A stretch of DNA of 64,000 nucleotides from Octopus vulgaris. Taxonomy: Eukaryota. The stretch is from NCBI GenBank assembly GCA_951406725.2, contig OX597817.1, positions 6,758,001 to 6,822,000 of the forward strand, in the 5' to 3' direction. The notes beneath the pieces are model-generated. The model did no database searches. It had not been told where the DNA came from and worked only from the letters and a program-made list of their open reading frames with translations. Positions 38,681 through 53,409 of the stretch are shown in pieces (the first letter of the stretch is position 1; every line of letters starts with the position of its first letter). A program made the translations under genes and the position numbers.

Positions 38681-40017
38681 TATGCAAATATCTAGATATA
38701 TATAGATGTTTATGCATATATTACTTTGGTTTAGCTACATAATTGATTTTCTGAATTTGCTACTTGACCAATTTAATATCAGCGGCTATATTTTAATGGA
38801 TCAAATAATTCGGACAATCTATAAACCCTCCCACATATAATTATCCCTAATAATTATCCAGGAAAGGCAGCAGTAATGTCGTGAGCTTATAGAAAATTGT
38901 CCAGTTGAGATATTGAAAGGACCAAGCATTTAGAGAAGAGTGCCATGAAAATCAGAAACATTTTCGGTGATATAAATTTTACGTATTGTATATGAAATAG
39001 TTGAGCGTACAAGTATTTAGTAATATTTAGAAAATAGAAACAAAATATACATACATACATACATAATATGTATGTGTGTGCTTATGTAGTCTGTGTGTGT
39101 GCGAGTGTTCATAAATTTCTAATACAATAGTTGATAAAATTGTTTAGGCATACACAACGAAAGGAGATAAAGTGAAAGGGATAAAGAGGAAACAGACAGA
39201 ACTCTTCTCAGTGCCAGAAGTAAGATAATACCTATAAATACGTGATACATCCCACTCATAAAGTAAGATTTCAACATAATTAATTGGCGGCTAACTGATA
39301 CGAAGAGCTTCGATAATGAAATGGAAAACACTTAAATTCTTCCCGAATACAGCTTCCCGCTTGTGACGGAGCGATAATATACTTCCCATGTGCACAGAAC
39401 GATGTCATTAGATTCCACTAGAGAACAATTACAAAGTAAAAGCAGTTGACATCTGCGAAATGTTTATTAGCCTCTTTATAATACATTTTGAATGACACAA
39501 TAAGCCTTTCTCTGTATATTATCAAATAGCAAGTTACAAAGTAGAAAAGCACACGTCACATGTCAACTCTTACTGCTAAGGAGATTAAGAGGAATCATCT
39601 ACTTACCGTTATCAAAGATCACCTGAAAACGAAATATTTTCAAGAAACGAGGTTAAATATAAAAACAATTATTACAATATTAAGATCTCTTCCGAAGATA
39701 AACTATTCACGTGGACACTAAAAGGAGTAAATTTTACTATGAAAGGTGTAAAAATACTTTAAATATCCACACTCCACGCATACGTTATGGAATACACTTC
39801 GCAAAATAATCTTCGTAGCGTTTTTTTTAATAGTATTTCGATGAAGAGATCTAGATGTAAATTTAGATTGTATGAGATTATCAAACTTAGGCATCGAAAT
39901 ACATAAAAGGTAAATAATTTCATACATTAAAATAGGATTTCTGGTTTAGGCAACTAAGATAGCAGATTTGTGAGGCGAATATTAGTTGATACTAGTGACC
40001 CTGGTATTTATTTGTTT

Positions 40018-40434
40018 CTTATTTCTTTATTGCCCACAAGGGGCTAAAATGTAGTGGGGACATACAAGAACAGACAAAGGGATTAAGTCGATTACATCGA
40101 CCCAGTACGTAACTGGTACTTAATTTATTGACCACGAAAGGATGAAAGGCAAAGTCGACCTCGGCGGAATTTGAACTCAGAACGTAATGGCAGACGAAAT
40201 ACATATTTCTTTATTACCCACAAGGGGCTAAACACAGAGGGGACAAACAAGGACAGACAAACGGATTAAGTCGATTATATCGACTCCAGTGCGTAAATGG
40301 TATTTATTTAATCGACCCCGAATGGATGAAAGGCAAAGTCGACCTCGGCGGAATTTGAACTCAGAACGTAACGGCAGACAAATTATCGCTAAGCATTTCG
40401 CCCGGCGTGCTAACGTTTCTGCCAGCTCGCCACC
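40018..40434 (-). mobile_element. SINE family B with two tandem body units
   Basis: It has the same unit and the same junction (aagaaata.gtatttcgtctgcc) as 7665-8271. Confidence 0.9.
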
Positions 40435-41906
40435 TTTCTGGTACTTATTTGTTTCTTTATTGTATCTAGCACGGAAGAATGAATGGCAGGATTTGAAATC
40501 AGAACATGAAGAACTGAAACAAATAGCACATGGAACGCTGCCCTCCCAGACATTGAAATGTAGGAATAAAAGTTAGGAATAAATAAAGCATATTTCTTTT
40601 ACTTTTATCCTTTAAGGATATATGAATAAATATGAAAAACAACCAATGAAAATTATAATGATCACCTATTGATCCTAAAAGTCAAATCGCTAAATAAATA
40701 TATATCATAAAAGAATTTACAAAACGCATAAAAATTTGAAAACTACTATTACTTTAAATATTGACTCCCGAACACTGAAATAATTCTAAACCTAAACTGT
40801 TTCAAAGTGACTATAATCTAAATGTGGAAATATTTAATGATTTAATATTTTTGAAATAGAAATGTATATTTCGAGTTAAGTGCAACTGTAATTAAAAATA
40901 AAAAAATTGGCATCATAATCAGATTTCAGTATCGCGAGGATACATCTAATTTTCTATGAAGCAGTCTCAATTATCATAGTAAAATGTTTCTTTCGTATAT
41001 AGAGTCATCTATGGCATCTGTGCGTTGATAACCTGAGGTTGTTTACTCCGAAAGAAAGACAACGGAAAACCATATCATAGATGATATACAGATTCAGTAG
41101 AAATATTAGGCTGGAATTTAGTTTCAAAATATCGAGTCAGCCTGTTGTAAAATGAGATAATGAATAATGGAAAACAGTAATATTACATTTCATAAACAGA
41201 GTGTAAATTAGGCCAGACACATAATTACAAATAATTACGAAAATAATTTACTTTGTCACCGCAATAATGGTTGAAGACTTATAAAGTTCACTTTGCAACC
41301 ACGAGGTCCTGAATTCGTATTCCACTAGGTGGGGACTTAGTCAAGTGTTTTCTTGCCTTTTTTTTCTGTTGTCTCACTGAAACTGGGTACACGGAAACTG
41401 TAAAAAGTCCAACGAGTATATTGCAGTTGTAATTCTTGTCCCACATTTTCTTAACTACTTAGTAATATGCCAATTCAGGTAATTAACAAGTATTTCAGTT
41501 GACAGAACTGAAAGACGGAGATACATCAGTGTAGTAGACAATACACACTGACGTAGGAAAAGCTTTGGGATTAATTTGTTAGCGCTCTTTAAACGAGCGC
41601 TAGCAAATTACCTTTTTTTTTTTTTTTTCGGTTGCTGGAAGCACTAAAAATAGACAATGTTGGATGTATAATTCTGGAGTGTTTTCGCCATATTGTTGCC
41701 CCATTAGGGCTAATCTGGAGTTAGAAAACAACTTCATCCAACTAAACTAAAAGTCAAACAAAAATACTAAGTATGAATCCACTAACAGTTCTATTATTTT
41801 ATATTACCTCACTCTAATATTCATTTCTTGACATGGACGCTGGTTTCAATGTCAAGTTGAAACCAATGTCTGGTTGAACCGATATTGTTTGCCTATGTCC
41901 AGATTG

Positions 41907-41993
41907 ATACATCCGGGAAATCCATTCCATAACTATACATCCGGGAAATCCATTCCATAACTATTCATCCGGGAAATCCATTCCATAACTATA
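41907..41993. repeat. 28-bp tandem repeat x3 (atacatccgggaaatccattccataact)
   Basis: Units start at 41907, 41935 and 41963. There is one substitution and no spacers. Confidence 0.95.
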
Positions 41994-42800
41994 AGTCAGC
42001 TAACTACGTAGCTTCCAAGAATTTTATAGGTTTTCCTATACGATAGACAAAATTAGTTCGGACATGGATCCATGATGGCGTTCCAGACACCAGCTATCAC
42101 TAAATATCAACAATTATCTCCACGTATATGAACAAACCCGCTTCCAGTAACCCAGACTGGATGTAGAAGGCGGATAGTTTAAAGACATAGCTTTGCCTCT
42201 AATCACATTATTCACGTCGAGGACCGCCAACTTACAACTAGCATCCAGAAATACTCATTGAATTTAGAGGACCAGGCTTTTCCGAAACAGCACCGCTGTC
42301 TCCAGCTCGAGAAAATGACACAAACATCTCAAAGTCGTCTAAAATATGTGCTAAGTTGCATGTGTCGGAAACTTTTATCTCAATCAGATCTACACATGAT
42401 GTTCTCATGTCATTGTGCTGGTGAGCCCGCTCCAGATGAACCCCTGATCAGGAGCATTTACACACTGTACTCTCTGACCTTCTACACTGGTAGAAAAGCG
42501 CGAAGATAAAAAGAAACGTGTTACCCGTTTGTCAGTCCTAGAGCTGAATGACTGAGTCTCCATGAAATAATGAGGTTTTTTGCATAGTCGTTCAACAGCA
42601 TACTTCTGGCCCTTGCACTGGGAATTCCTACATCAACTCTTACTTTATCCTCCTCAGAATTCTTGCTGATGCTGTTGATTCTGCTCCAGCTGCGGCTGCT
42701 GTTCTCATCGATGACGCTGCTGCTGCTGCTCTGTTTGCCGGCATTTTTCTTTATTTACATTTCCTTTGTGCGTGATTTGCTGCTGTTGTCGCTGCTTTTC

Positions 42801-43085
42801 CTTCTTCTTCTTCTTCTTCTTCTTCTTCTTCTTCTTCTTCTTCTTCTTCTTCTTCTTCTTCTTCTTCTTCTTCTTCTTCTTCTTCTTCTTCTTCTTCGTC
42901 TTCGTCTTCTTCTTCGTCTTCTTCTTCTTCTTTTTTTGTCTTCTTCTTTCTTCTTCCTTTTCTTCTTCTTCTTCTTCTTCCTTTTCTTCTTTTTCTTTTT
43001 CCTTTTCTTCTTCTTCTTCTTCCTTTTCTTCTTCTTCTTCTTCTTCTTCTTCTTCTTCTTCTTCTTCTTCTTCTTCTTCTTCTTC
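42801..43085. repeat. (CTT)n/(GAA)n polypyrimidine-polypurine tract
   Basis: Directly visible. Confidence 0.97.
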
Positions 43086-43350
43086 AAATCAGGACTCATG
43101 CCATTAGCCACAAAGAATTACCTCTAATTTGAGCCTGTTCTAAGCCACTACGAATGCGTGTGGCAACTTGAAGACCCACCCACCACACGCGATAGACCGG
43201 CGGTTGCACGGGCACGAAAGCTACATTGTTATCCTCCTTTCGTAATCGGCGGCTTTTAACTGGTGGAGAGCTGAACCATCCTGGGATACAGAGGATTCGC
43301 AATCTAGACTAAGGTCTGAAAGTTTACCACACCATAGTGGGTTACGCCAT
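43086..43350 (-). mobile_element. Possible RTE-type LINE 3' end ending in the (GAA)n tail
   Basis: Relatively GC-rich segment whose minus frame ends LEQAQIRG, loosely like the RTE C-terminal AQDR..WR. It is directly followed by (GAA)n. Confidence 0.3.
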
Positions 43351-43374
43351 GGTTCCTCTAGTGAGAGTTGGAGT

Positions 43375-43548
43375 GAAAGTTCATTACATCCACCCCAGTG
43401 ATTCGTTTCACTGGCAATTAATTTATCGACCCCCAACAGGTGAAAGTCAAAGTCGAGCTAGGCGAAATTTGAACTCAGAACATAGCGGCAGACGAAATAC
43501 TTCTTAGCATTTCGTCCGGCGAGCTCACGATTCTGCCAGCCCGTTGCC
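43375..43548 (-). mobile_element. SINE family B copy
   Basis: aatttatcgacccc...aaagtcgagctaggcgaaatttgaactcagaac...ctgccagc. Confidence 0.75.
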
Positions 43549-43578
43549 TTAATGGAGATGATGATTATGATGATGATC

Positions 43579-43622
<44 letters not shown>

Positions 43623-43624
<2 letters not shown>

Positions 43625-44653
43625 TAAACAAGCGCAGAAAAAGCTAAGCGCATGAAAACCCGTACTAAAACTGCTGCGTTAGATATTTTGACTGATAAAT
43701 GGCAATAAAAACCTCTCAATGGCAAATACCCAAAGAGAGCGAATAATGCCGATATTGACAAAGCCCTGACCCATCAATGGCTAATGGCCTCTGGCTTAAA
43801 ATCTGAAACAGAAGGGTTTATCATAGCAGCTCAAGATCAATGCCTACCTACAAGGAACTGCCAGGCCAACATATTAACGAACAACAGTAGCCCAAAATGT
43901 CGTGTATGTCAACAACAAGATGAAACTATTGATCATATTGTCTCCAATTGCAGTCTTCTTGCGCCTACAGAGTATCTCAACAGGCATGATAGAGCTGCAC
44001 AATATATTCACTGGGTAATTTGCAAAAGCCTGGACTTGCCCCATGATAAAAACTGATGGGAACACAAACCGCCTCCAGTGCTTGAAAATGATGCTATCTC
44101 ACTCCTCTGGAACTTCACCATTCAAACTGACAGAAAGATGGATGCGAATAGGCCAGACATCATATTGAAAAACTTCAGAAAAAATCATGCCTCATCATTG
44201 ATATAACTGTCCCAATCCATATAAATGTATCTGTCAAGACCTACCAAAAACTGAGCAAATATAAAGATTTTGAAATAGAAATTCACATAATGTGGAACCT
44301 GAAGACTAAAACAATGCTTGTTGTTGTAGGTGCCCTGGGAATGGTAGCAAAAGGGCTGATTGTTACCTAGCTCAGATAACAGAAAACCTCAAAATGGCAG
44401 AAATTCAAAAGATAGTGCTCATGGGATCTGCCCTTATCCTACGCAAAATACTTTCTATGTAATCTCAAGTTTTAAAACAAATATAATTTTCTTCTTGTTT
44501 CTTAAACATTCTCTAGAGAAATACTATGTACAAAACCAAATATATGGCACCCTAGACATAACACTAACATCAACTTCCAATTTGTTATATCTTGAGGTCT
44601 TTGTGTGAGACTTGGAGCCAACTTGTACAAATGTAAAGCAAAAGTCAAACATA

Positions 44654-44655
<2 letters not shown>
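43623..44655 (+). mobile_element. 5'-truncated R4/Dong-type LINE (CCHC plus restriction-like endonuclease plus 3' UTR) inserted in (TAA)n
   Basis: LKSETEGFIIAAQDQCLPTRN...KCRVCQQQDETIDHIVSNC...RHD, NRPDII, KLSKYKD.EIEI..MWNLKT...VVGALG. (TAA)n lies at 43580-43622 and 44656-44712. Confidence 0.9.
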
Positions 44656-44711
<56 letters not shown>

Positions 44712-44712
44712 C

Positions 44713-44915
44713 ATTTCTACTAAAACAAAACAGGCCTGAAACTGCGGGGAAGTGGGGCTAGTCGCTGACATGGACCCTGCTGCGTAACCGCTAATTATTT
44801 CATCGCTCCCGAAAGGATGGAAGACAAAGTCAACCTCTACAGAATTTCAACTCAGAACATAAAAACGGAGGAAAGGCTGCTAAGCATTTTGCCCGCCATG
44901 GTAACGCTTCTTCTA
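44713..44915 (-). mobile_element. Diverged SINE family B copy, tail-to-tail with the LINE
   Basis: gaaaggatggaagacaaagtcaacctc...ctcagaacataaaaacgg...gctaagcattttgccc. Confidence 0.65.
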
Positions 44916-44966
44916 GCGATGATGATAATGATGATACTAACTGAAATTGATGCAGAAACGTTCACT

Positions 44967-45115
<149 letters not shown>

Positions 45116-46429
45116 GTACACACACATCAATAAATAATTTTATACCTTGCACAATGTTGAAAAGTTATCTAGAATTGGATATCACACCAATGATATCAAG
45201 TTAAGATTGAAATATGTATATGTGGCATGAAGTCAACTAATCTTTTTCATGGCCAAGAAATATATACGAGATTTATCAAAAGCATTTCCAAAATTGCTGT
45301 TATTGCTATTGTGTGTGCTAGTCGAATTGTTACAATGCCCGACACCAATCTTTTGGGTATTTGCTCATAAATTTACTGTCTGAGTTAATCCTGTAAAACT
45401 ACGTTTATCATTTCGTCTTTTAAGAAGCTTTCATGTACTGGTCGGTTTAATCCTCTGCTACTCTTTTAAGATGTTCCAGCTTTGGGCTTATTTATTACAA
45501 ATAAATATTATTTTGCTTGGTATGAAATGACTATCCAAAAAATACAGATATACACTAAGAATAGTAAGACCAAAGGTCCTTTGAAAAATAGAGCATGTTT
45601 TAGAAAAGATACACTCACAAAGTTAATGAAGTTATATTGAATACACTGTAGATAATTTCATCGCATTTCGATTATATAGAAGGAAACTTTATCTAAGCAT
45701 ATTTAGAAAAAGTTGAAATTATGTACTTCTGGTAAACTCATGGTAATTTAAGATCATTTTTAAATAACTATATCGCGCTTGAAATATTTAAGAAATATCT
45801 TTAGAAATATTTTCGTAAAATACGTATATATTTTAACGAGAGCGATATATTTCGGAAAGAAATGAAGAATGCAACGAAGTCCAATAACTGACACAAATAA
45901 AGGATTAAAGATACTAAGAAATCTTATTTGATTTGTTTTACATTAACTGTGTACAAGCCGACAAACAACATTTTTAATTGAACAATTACAACCATCTGAT
46001 TTCTGAGACTATACAAATAAATCTATGCTTTCAGCTTAAAATTCAACGTTAAAAACAGTGTGACATGTCAGATTGTAAAGCATTTGATAGCTTAGTTCAA
46101 ATACGTAAATACAAAATTCATTAAACGATGTTTCTTCTTTGCGTGTTTGTTCAGATGTATTTTCTTAAGTTTTGTAAATAATTGAGAAAATCAGAGGGGA
46201 ATAGGATTAAGCAAAAAATAGAGAGCAAAAGGACATTAACCTTAATATGAGAATAAACCGATCACCAAAGAATATTTTAGGACCTGGGCAAAACGCTACG
46301 CACAACAGAACCAGGCCTGTCAACGGTGTATTCAGTTCACATAGTATCACGGCATGATACATATATAGTAACGTCTGTAGTAGATATACAAAGTGGGCAA
46401 TTTTAAATTCTAGTATATTTAATAAATGT

Positions 46430-46680
46430 GGAGGCGCGTGGCTTAGTGGTTAGGGTGTCAGTATCATGATCGTAAGATTGTGGTTTCGATCCCTGGACCG
46501 GGCGACACGTTGTGTTCTTGAGCAAAACACTTCATTTCAAGTTGCTCCAATCCACTCAGCTGGCAAAAATGAGTAACACTGCGATGGACTGGCGTCCCGT
46601 CCAGCTGGGGAACACATACACCATTGAAACCGATAAACCAGGCTCATCAGCATGGCTAGGCTTTAAAAGAGCGCATTTAT
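46430..46680 (+). mobile_element. tRNA-derived SINE (head/core D plus tail Y, V-domain-like)
   Basis: A box tggcttagtgg and B box gtttcgatccc. The 3' segment ctgcgatggactggcgtcccgtccag is shared with 9648-9755. Confidence 0.8.
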
Positions 46681-47291
46681 TATTTATTATATTGAATAAA
46701 GGATGACCAACCTTAATTGATTTTTCATACTATAAGTGTTGATGTTAGTGTCTTCTATAACAATGATCTCTTTCGTATTTTAATTGCTTTAAACCAGTGC
46801 TAATTTTGAACTCGCAAAATCCCTTCTTTTTGTATTTTCTGTCAGATTTATGTTTATTTCATTGAAATAATATTTCTACAATAATATTCCTGAATAAATT
46901 TTCACCGTGTCGCTTAAAGCCACTCATCAAGTAGATGAAGTTGATTAAATTGGGTGATCTTACATATATGAGGGTAGCATCATTGTATGATGTCTAACAC
47001 GCTCAGTATGACATATCATTATGTTTTTGAATAATTACATAGCGCAGTAAAGAATGAGACAACAATGCCATAAAACGGAAGACCAATGAAATATAGTACT
47101 TATTTGACATTCGCATACTTTTTACCAGTTAACAAACACTCTTTTCCATACTCAACGTCCGTTAGCGACATGGATTATTGACATGTATGTAAGTATTAGC
47201 TGCATATGCAGAAGTCTATGGATAACAGCCTCGGCTCATATATCATTAACTTTTGTGTTTTCAAGGAAATGTGCGTGTGTGTGTGTGTTTG

Positions 47292-47347
<56 letters not shown>

Positions 47348-47659
47348 TGTGTGTGTGTGTGTGCTTTCACTTTCTTGGTATCTTGAAATTTAAATGCATC
47401 AAGATTTCTGTTCCCTCAAATGCTTTTTGCTTTTGTTATCGCGGTTTTAAAGCATACCGTTCGCTGTTATTTCAGCCTGAAACCGTTTCATAAACTTCCC
47501 CCCAGAAACAAATAAGAATATTCCTCTGTTGTACTAGGGATGTTCAGAAATTATCAATTGTTTTAATCTTCCCGAGTTTGTTTGTAATCTGTATACACAA
47601 TATATATTTTCGTTGCGCGCCCTTAATGTCTAACTGGGGATATCATTTCCTAAACTATT

Positions 47660-48250
47660 CCTCATCATCATTGTTCGATCGTGATCGAGACAATGGAATT
47701 TACCATGCTACGCCAAACTTCACGGTCCATCATGGCATTACGGAGGTCCTGTTGCTGGATGCCTGTATCCCTGGAGATTACATCTGGGTAGGAGAGTGTG
47801 CGCCCTCTGGTATTGCGAGTAGATGGCTTCCAGAGGAGAAGAGTAGAAATTACCTCTTTTTCAGCTCTACAACAATGTCCAGCAAACTGAACTCTCCTAC
47901 CTTTCACAGGAGATGACACAGGTGGTAGTTTCCCATATATTTGCATTTTGGTTGGATGGCGCACCCACGAGATATTTTGAGCTCTCATAAGGAGGCGAGT
48001 GTAGGTTCCATTCAACCGCCTCTCAAGCTTCTTTGATAACGTCCAGGTTTCTGAGCCATATAGTAGAATTAGATGACTGTGGCTTTGAAGATTTCAAGTT
48101 TGAAGTCTCTACTTAGATTTGATGACCCCGATCTTATGCATGTCATTACAGGCTGACCAGGCCATACCCTTTCTAGTTAGAAAGTCTTTTCCAGATGATG
48201 ATATGTATGACCCAAGATATTTGTAATCATAAACCATATTTAAGGGCGCA
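47660..48250 (-). mobile_element. RTE-type LINE 3' fragment
   Basis: DYKYLGSYI, LLYGSETWTL, YTRLLMRAQNISW...RRVQFAGHCCR...LLLWKP...RGR...AMMDREVWR, with a short (TGA)n tail. Confidence 0.85.
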
Positions 48251-48412
48251 TTTCTAATTAAATGTTGCACAATAGTGCTAAATTTGTATAGTATACACAG
48301 ATATTGTGACTAATTTCTTAGGTTTACGACAGTTTACAGCGGTCGTGTAAATGTTTTGTGGTTGTCAACTGTTCCAAAATAATATACATGCGTATATTAT
48401 TATATATGCGTA

Positions 48413-49200
48413 TATCTCTCGATATATAAACGGCAAAATGTCTGTGTGTGTGTCCTTTATACAAATCCACACTTATTCAGTTAGAGATCTCGCACTTTAT
48501 ATGCTTATTTAAAATCATTCAAGGATGGTCGTGCACATCTTTACATATACCCAGTTACCCCGCAAAGCCATTAAGAAATGAATAGAAGTGACTTTTTTGT
48601 GAGTTTTCTATCCAAAACCCAACCAAAATGCCTGAAACTTGATACGTCAATTGAATGCCAGCTAGCTGTATGTGATTGGTCGAAGATTTGGACAGTACTC
48701 GCGTGTATGTGCGCACGCACGCAGCTGTATATGCATGCACTAGCAGTATGACCCGGCGTGAACTATTTATCATGCGAATATATACGAAGAATTTAAAGTC
48801 ACAAATTAGTCATATAGAAATAGCAGAAACATCTCCCTCAAATAACAGTGTACTGAATTACGTAAGAAATAATAGGATAGATTATAGAAAAAAAAGCATA
48901 CTGAAAGACATAAGGGCCTGTTAATCATTAAAGACCTTTAGTGACCTTGATTCCTTTTAAGAAGATTGCTGTAAGAAATCATCTCGGCTCATTATTTGCC
49001 AGTGATCAATGCACCGGTTGAAATCCCTTTTATAATCACTGTCTTTCAATACTTTTAACATAAAAGGTTTAAAGTTAGAAACTCTATGTAATCTGTTGAC
49101 CACCACCTCTTATTATCTGTTGTGGCGAATCCAAATTTTCGTTGATGTGCGATGCAGGGTAACGTCATTAGCTACCAGGTAGCAATTTTAGTCGACTAAT
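48413..49200 (+). mobile_element. Possible degraded non-autonomous Helitron
   Basis: The 5' tctctcgatatataaacggc...tgtctgtgtgtgtg resembles the Helitron 5' ends above. The 3' end is not clearly identifiable. Confidence 0.3.
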
Positions 49201-50672
49201 ATTTTGACATTAGTTATTGTCCCGATCTGCTCGATCGAAGAAACGAGTAAAATAATTTATCGAAGAAATGAAATCCAATATACTGAGAATCTATACCTGG
49301 ACTTTTTGCAATTATTTTACTGATGTAATTTTATCTTTTCTTTCTCCATCAGTGCTCCAAGGATCGGAAACATGAAAGATTCAGGTTTATACAAGATATT
49401 TACTTGTATCATTGTGTAATGAGAGTAGTTTTCAACTCAAAAACCGAGCATAATCGGGAAGATTATTTCACTATATAACATGAGTTGCATCTCATTCAGT
49501 TGCATTATTTTAGTAGCATTTAGTCTCCTCACTATGTACTCGGTACAGCCAGTGCACGTGTGCGTATGTGTGCGAAGGTGACATATATGTGTGTACTTTT
49601 ATTTACATATATCATTACACAAACACACACACGCACTCATACATATACATATACACGTACTTTTCTCTGTACTAACTTGCCCCTTCCTCGTTTTCCTCCT
49701 CTTAGGATATTTTCCTCTCTCCGACGAAGATTCATTCTGGGAACCGCATTTCTACTTACATTTTTCCATTTCAAACTTTCCCTGAGCGCTAATCTAATAT
49801 ATTCACTGTATTTGTGTTTGTCCAATTGATTTTGCTGTATCTTTGCCGTATCTTTTTCGTTCATGGACTCGCCTACAAATACACACGTAAACATCTATAC
49901 TCACACACGCATACATAATATATATATATATATAGGAGAGATAGGCTTAGAGATACAGTTAGATACGTTGATGTTACTGAATGTATTCAACGAATTCAGA
50001 AATATATTCATGGAAGGTGTGTTTGCCTGACGGGAATAGTATTTATGTAAAACAGCAAATAATTGGAAATTTATTATTTCAAAGATATATTTCTAAATAC
50101 CTGCCATTAGATAGCGTGAGTTTTTATACATACTGACATATAAAATTTAGCGTAATTCAAATGGAAACATGATATATATTATTGTGCATAATATGTATTG
50201 AATGTTTGAATACTCTTTGTTGAGTATTATAAACGAAAATTTATATCTCTGTGTTTGCATGTACACTGTTGTGTATGTGATTGTTTGTTTGTGTCTTTGT
50301 GTGTGCATGAATGGAAGTACGTTTAAACGTATCTGTATACAAAACATAATCATAACATTAATCATATCAACACCGATACACTTAGCTAGTTAAACACCTG
50401 CTCGTATAGGAAATTGACGATGATTCATGTATTACATGTGACTTATGCTATATGGAACAAAGTTGTTAGTTATTATAGATATTGCTTGCCATCGTAATAG
50501 ATATCATGTACAAATACATTCGCATATACTTACTTTCACACACACAGAAACGCACACACATACACACACATAAACACACACGCGTACACGCACACGTACT
50601 CAGGCACACATGCACAAACCAGGACATAATCACAAGAGTAAATTCACATACATACATATAACGCTTCTATAC

Positions 50673-50704
<32 letters not shown>

Positions 50705-51868
50705 ATGTGTGCATGTAAATATATATGTATGGGTATGTGGGTATATATGTATATATATATATATGTGTGTGTGTATGTATGTTTGTGTATGTGTGTATGT
50801 TTGTGTATGTGTGTATTTGAGTGCATGTAAAATTCTTAGTTATTGTGGAAGTAATTAAAGAATACTTAATATTACGTTATTCATTATTCTTGAGAAAGCA
50901 TTCCATAAAGGCGTATACTGCTAAAAATCAGAGAACTAGTAGTAGCAAACGAGAAACGTCCATCAGTGGCGGTGAAATTCTAAGATCACTGATTATTGCG
51001 TAAGAGGTATCCAATACCAGCCGTGTGCTCAGGTAAACGACACTTGTAGTGGAACAGATAAAATAGTGATCAATAACGAATCAATGGTGACACAAATTGG
51101 TCATTGGTTTGATTTGTATTTGTATATTTTGGTACATTTTACTAAATACGCCACTTTACCTATAATACAAGTCATTATTATTACAATCTTAATCAGAACG
51201 GGTCCCTGGGAGACTGGTATTCTACTAGATTTATTGAATAACTGGACAATGTGACAAACTGACATTCCACTAAGTCTCTTTCAAAAGTTTACATCGAATT
51301 CAACAAGTATTACTTGGTACTTGTGAAAGCCAGGGACCATATTATTAATATTAACATTTATCTTTTACTATTATTCTTCATTTTCGAAAACTAAAGTTTC
51401 TCCTTCAGAAATAAATGAGCATCTCTTGCAAAACATTTCTACAAAGTTCAAGTCAAACATATCCTCTGAAAATATGCTTTGCCATTATATACAGAAATCA
51501 TTATTGCCATCGTGTAGAAAGTTACTAAATCTATGTATATAATTAACCTCAAAGTTAACTTTGCTGCCTTAATTGCTTACTATTATTGTTGCACCAATTT
51601 TGTATAGTGTAAAAGACAATTAAAATACCATAAATTTTTACTTCTCTTCAACAGACTGATATTAGTATTTGGTGTTGCTATTTCAATTATTAATACACTT
51701 TTTCCACCGTCATCGTGGACATGACGATTGATTTACTAGCTGTTATCCAGTTTATTTGGGAAAATGTGCCAAAATATCTACTAACGTTTCGCACTATTTT
51801 CACATTTTCATTTTCTCTAACCAGCAGAACTTCAGAGAAACAATGAACCTTAAGAATTTAAAACTAGT

Positions 51869-52268
51869 CGGCGTGGCTGTGTGGTAAGTAGCTTGCTAAC
51901 CAACCACATGGTTCTGGGTTCAGTCCCACTGCGTGGCATCTTGGGCAAGTGACTTCTGCTATAGCCTCGGGCCGACCAATGCCTTGTGAGTGGATTTGGT
52001 AGACGGAAACTGAAAGAAGCCTGTCGTATATCTATGTATGTATGTGTATGTATATGTTTGTGTGCCTCTGTTTGTCCCTCTCGCATTGCTTGACAACCGA
52101 TGCTGGTGTGTTTACGTCCCCGTCACTTAGCGGTTCGGCAAAAGAGACCGATAGAATAAGTACTGGGCTTACGAAGAATAAGTCCCAGGGTCGATTTTCT
52201 CGACTAAAGGCGGTGCTCCAGCATGGCCGCAGTCAAATGACTGAAACAAGTAAAAGAGTAAAAGAGTA
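51869..52268 (+). mobile_element. tRNA-derived SINE family C, near full length
   Basis: Matches 29650-30017 and has a complete tail ending (gtaaaaga)n. Confidence 0.88.
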
Positions 52269-52697
52269 TATAAAGAAAAGTCTAAATCCGTTCTGTTCTG
52301 AAAAATATTTCAGGACCGAACAGACTTAAACCACCTTCTCAATACGTACCGTACTTTTTCCCCGAAAGTATGGTATTCATCTCATATTTATCATCCATTC
52401 TTATGAATATGTCTTGCAATGCGTATTTATTTTATTAACAGTGTCAGACCCATTAATTAAACAATTCAGCATGGAACATTAAATCCACATACATATAAGC
52501 CGTTTCAAACTATAGATCGATTCTTTAGGCCATGATTGTCTTCAAAAATTTTAGTTATGTTACGTGAATGCAGCTGTTTGAAATGCAGAATATTCAGCTG
52601 GGAGACTGTTTCGACTGGCAAAATATGTTTGTTGCTATTTTGATCAGTTCCATATTTTCATTTAAGCTCACACACAGCTCGACCTCCTTCTTCATAA

Positions 52698-52699
<2 letters not shown>

Positions 52700-52765
<66 letters not shown>

Positions 52766-52784
52766 ATTATTATTATTATTATTG

Positions 52785-52828
<44 letters not shown>

Positions 52829-52866
52829 GTTATTATTGTTGTTGTTGTTGTTGTTGCTGTTGCTGC

Positions 52867-52904
<38 letters not shown>

Positions 52905-52957
52905 TTGTTGTCGTCGTCGTCATCATCATCTTCATAACTTTTTATTATTGTTATTAT
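52700..52957. repeat. (TTA)n/(TTG)n microsatellite
   Basis: Directly visible. Confidence 0.95.
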
Positions 52958-53409
52958 TGAGTGAGAGAGCAGTGCGTGCCATCAAAGTGACACTGGGGTA
53001 AAATATACGAAGCCCAGTATACCCATCATAACTACCCGCCTGATAAGGGTACATCAGGCACATGCATCACAACCATTTGTGCGCGACATAGTGATCTCAT
53101 ATCAAGATAAACAGCGCATGATCTTGCAGGTGGGGCCCAGTTAGAATTTTCTTCTGGTCGAGTAGCCCATCCCGTTCACAAAGTTCTTGAGTAAGGATTG
53201 TTGAACGAACCACGCATGTTTCCCAAGGTGAATTATCCAAACCTTTCAACACACAGCTATGATGCTCCCCCACTACTTCTGCTCGTGATCAGAGATGCAC
53301 ACGCCATCAGCCACTAAGGGACATGGCCAACTGTCCAAAGTCAAACAACTGACAAGCAAGTCTGTGGTATTGAGCAGAATATTTGCTGTAGCCCATCTTT
53401 TATACCAAG

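Noticed and set aside
41907-41993. 28-bp repeat x3 as a CRISPR array
   Set aside because: The units are directly adjacent with no spacers, there are no cas genes, and the context is eukaryotic.
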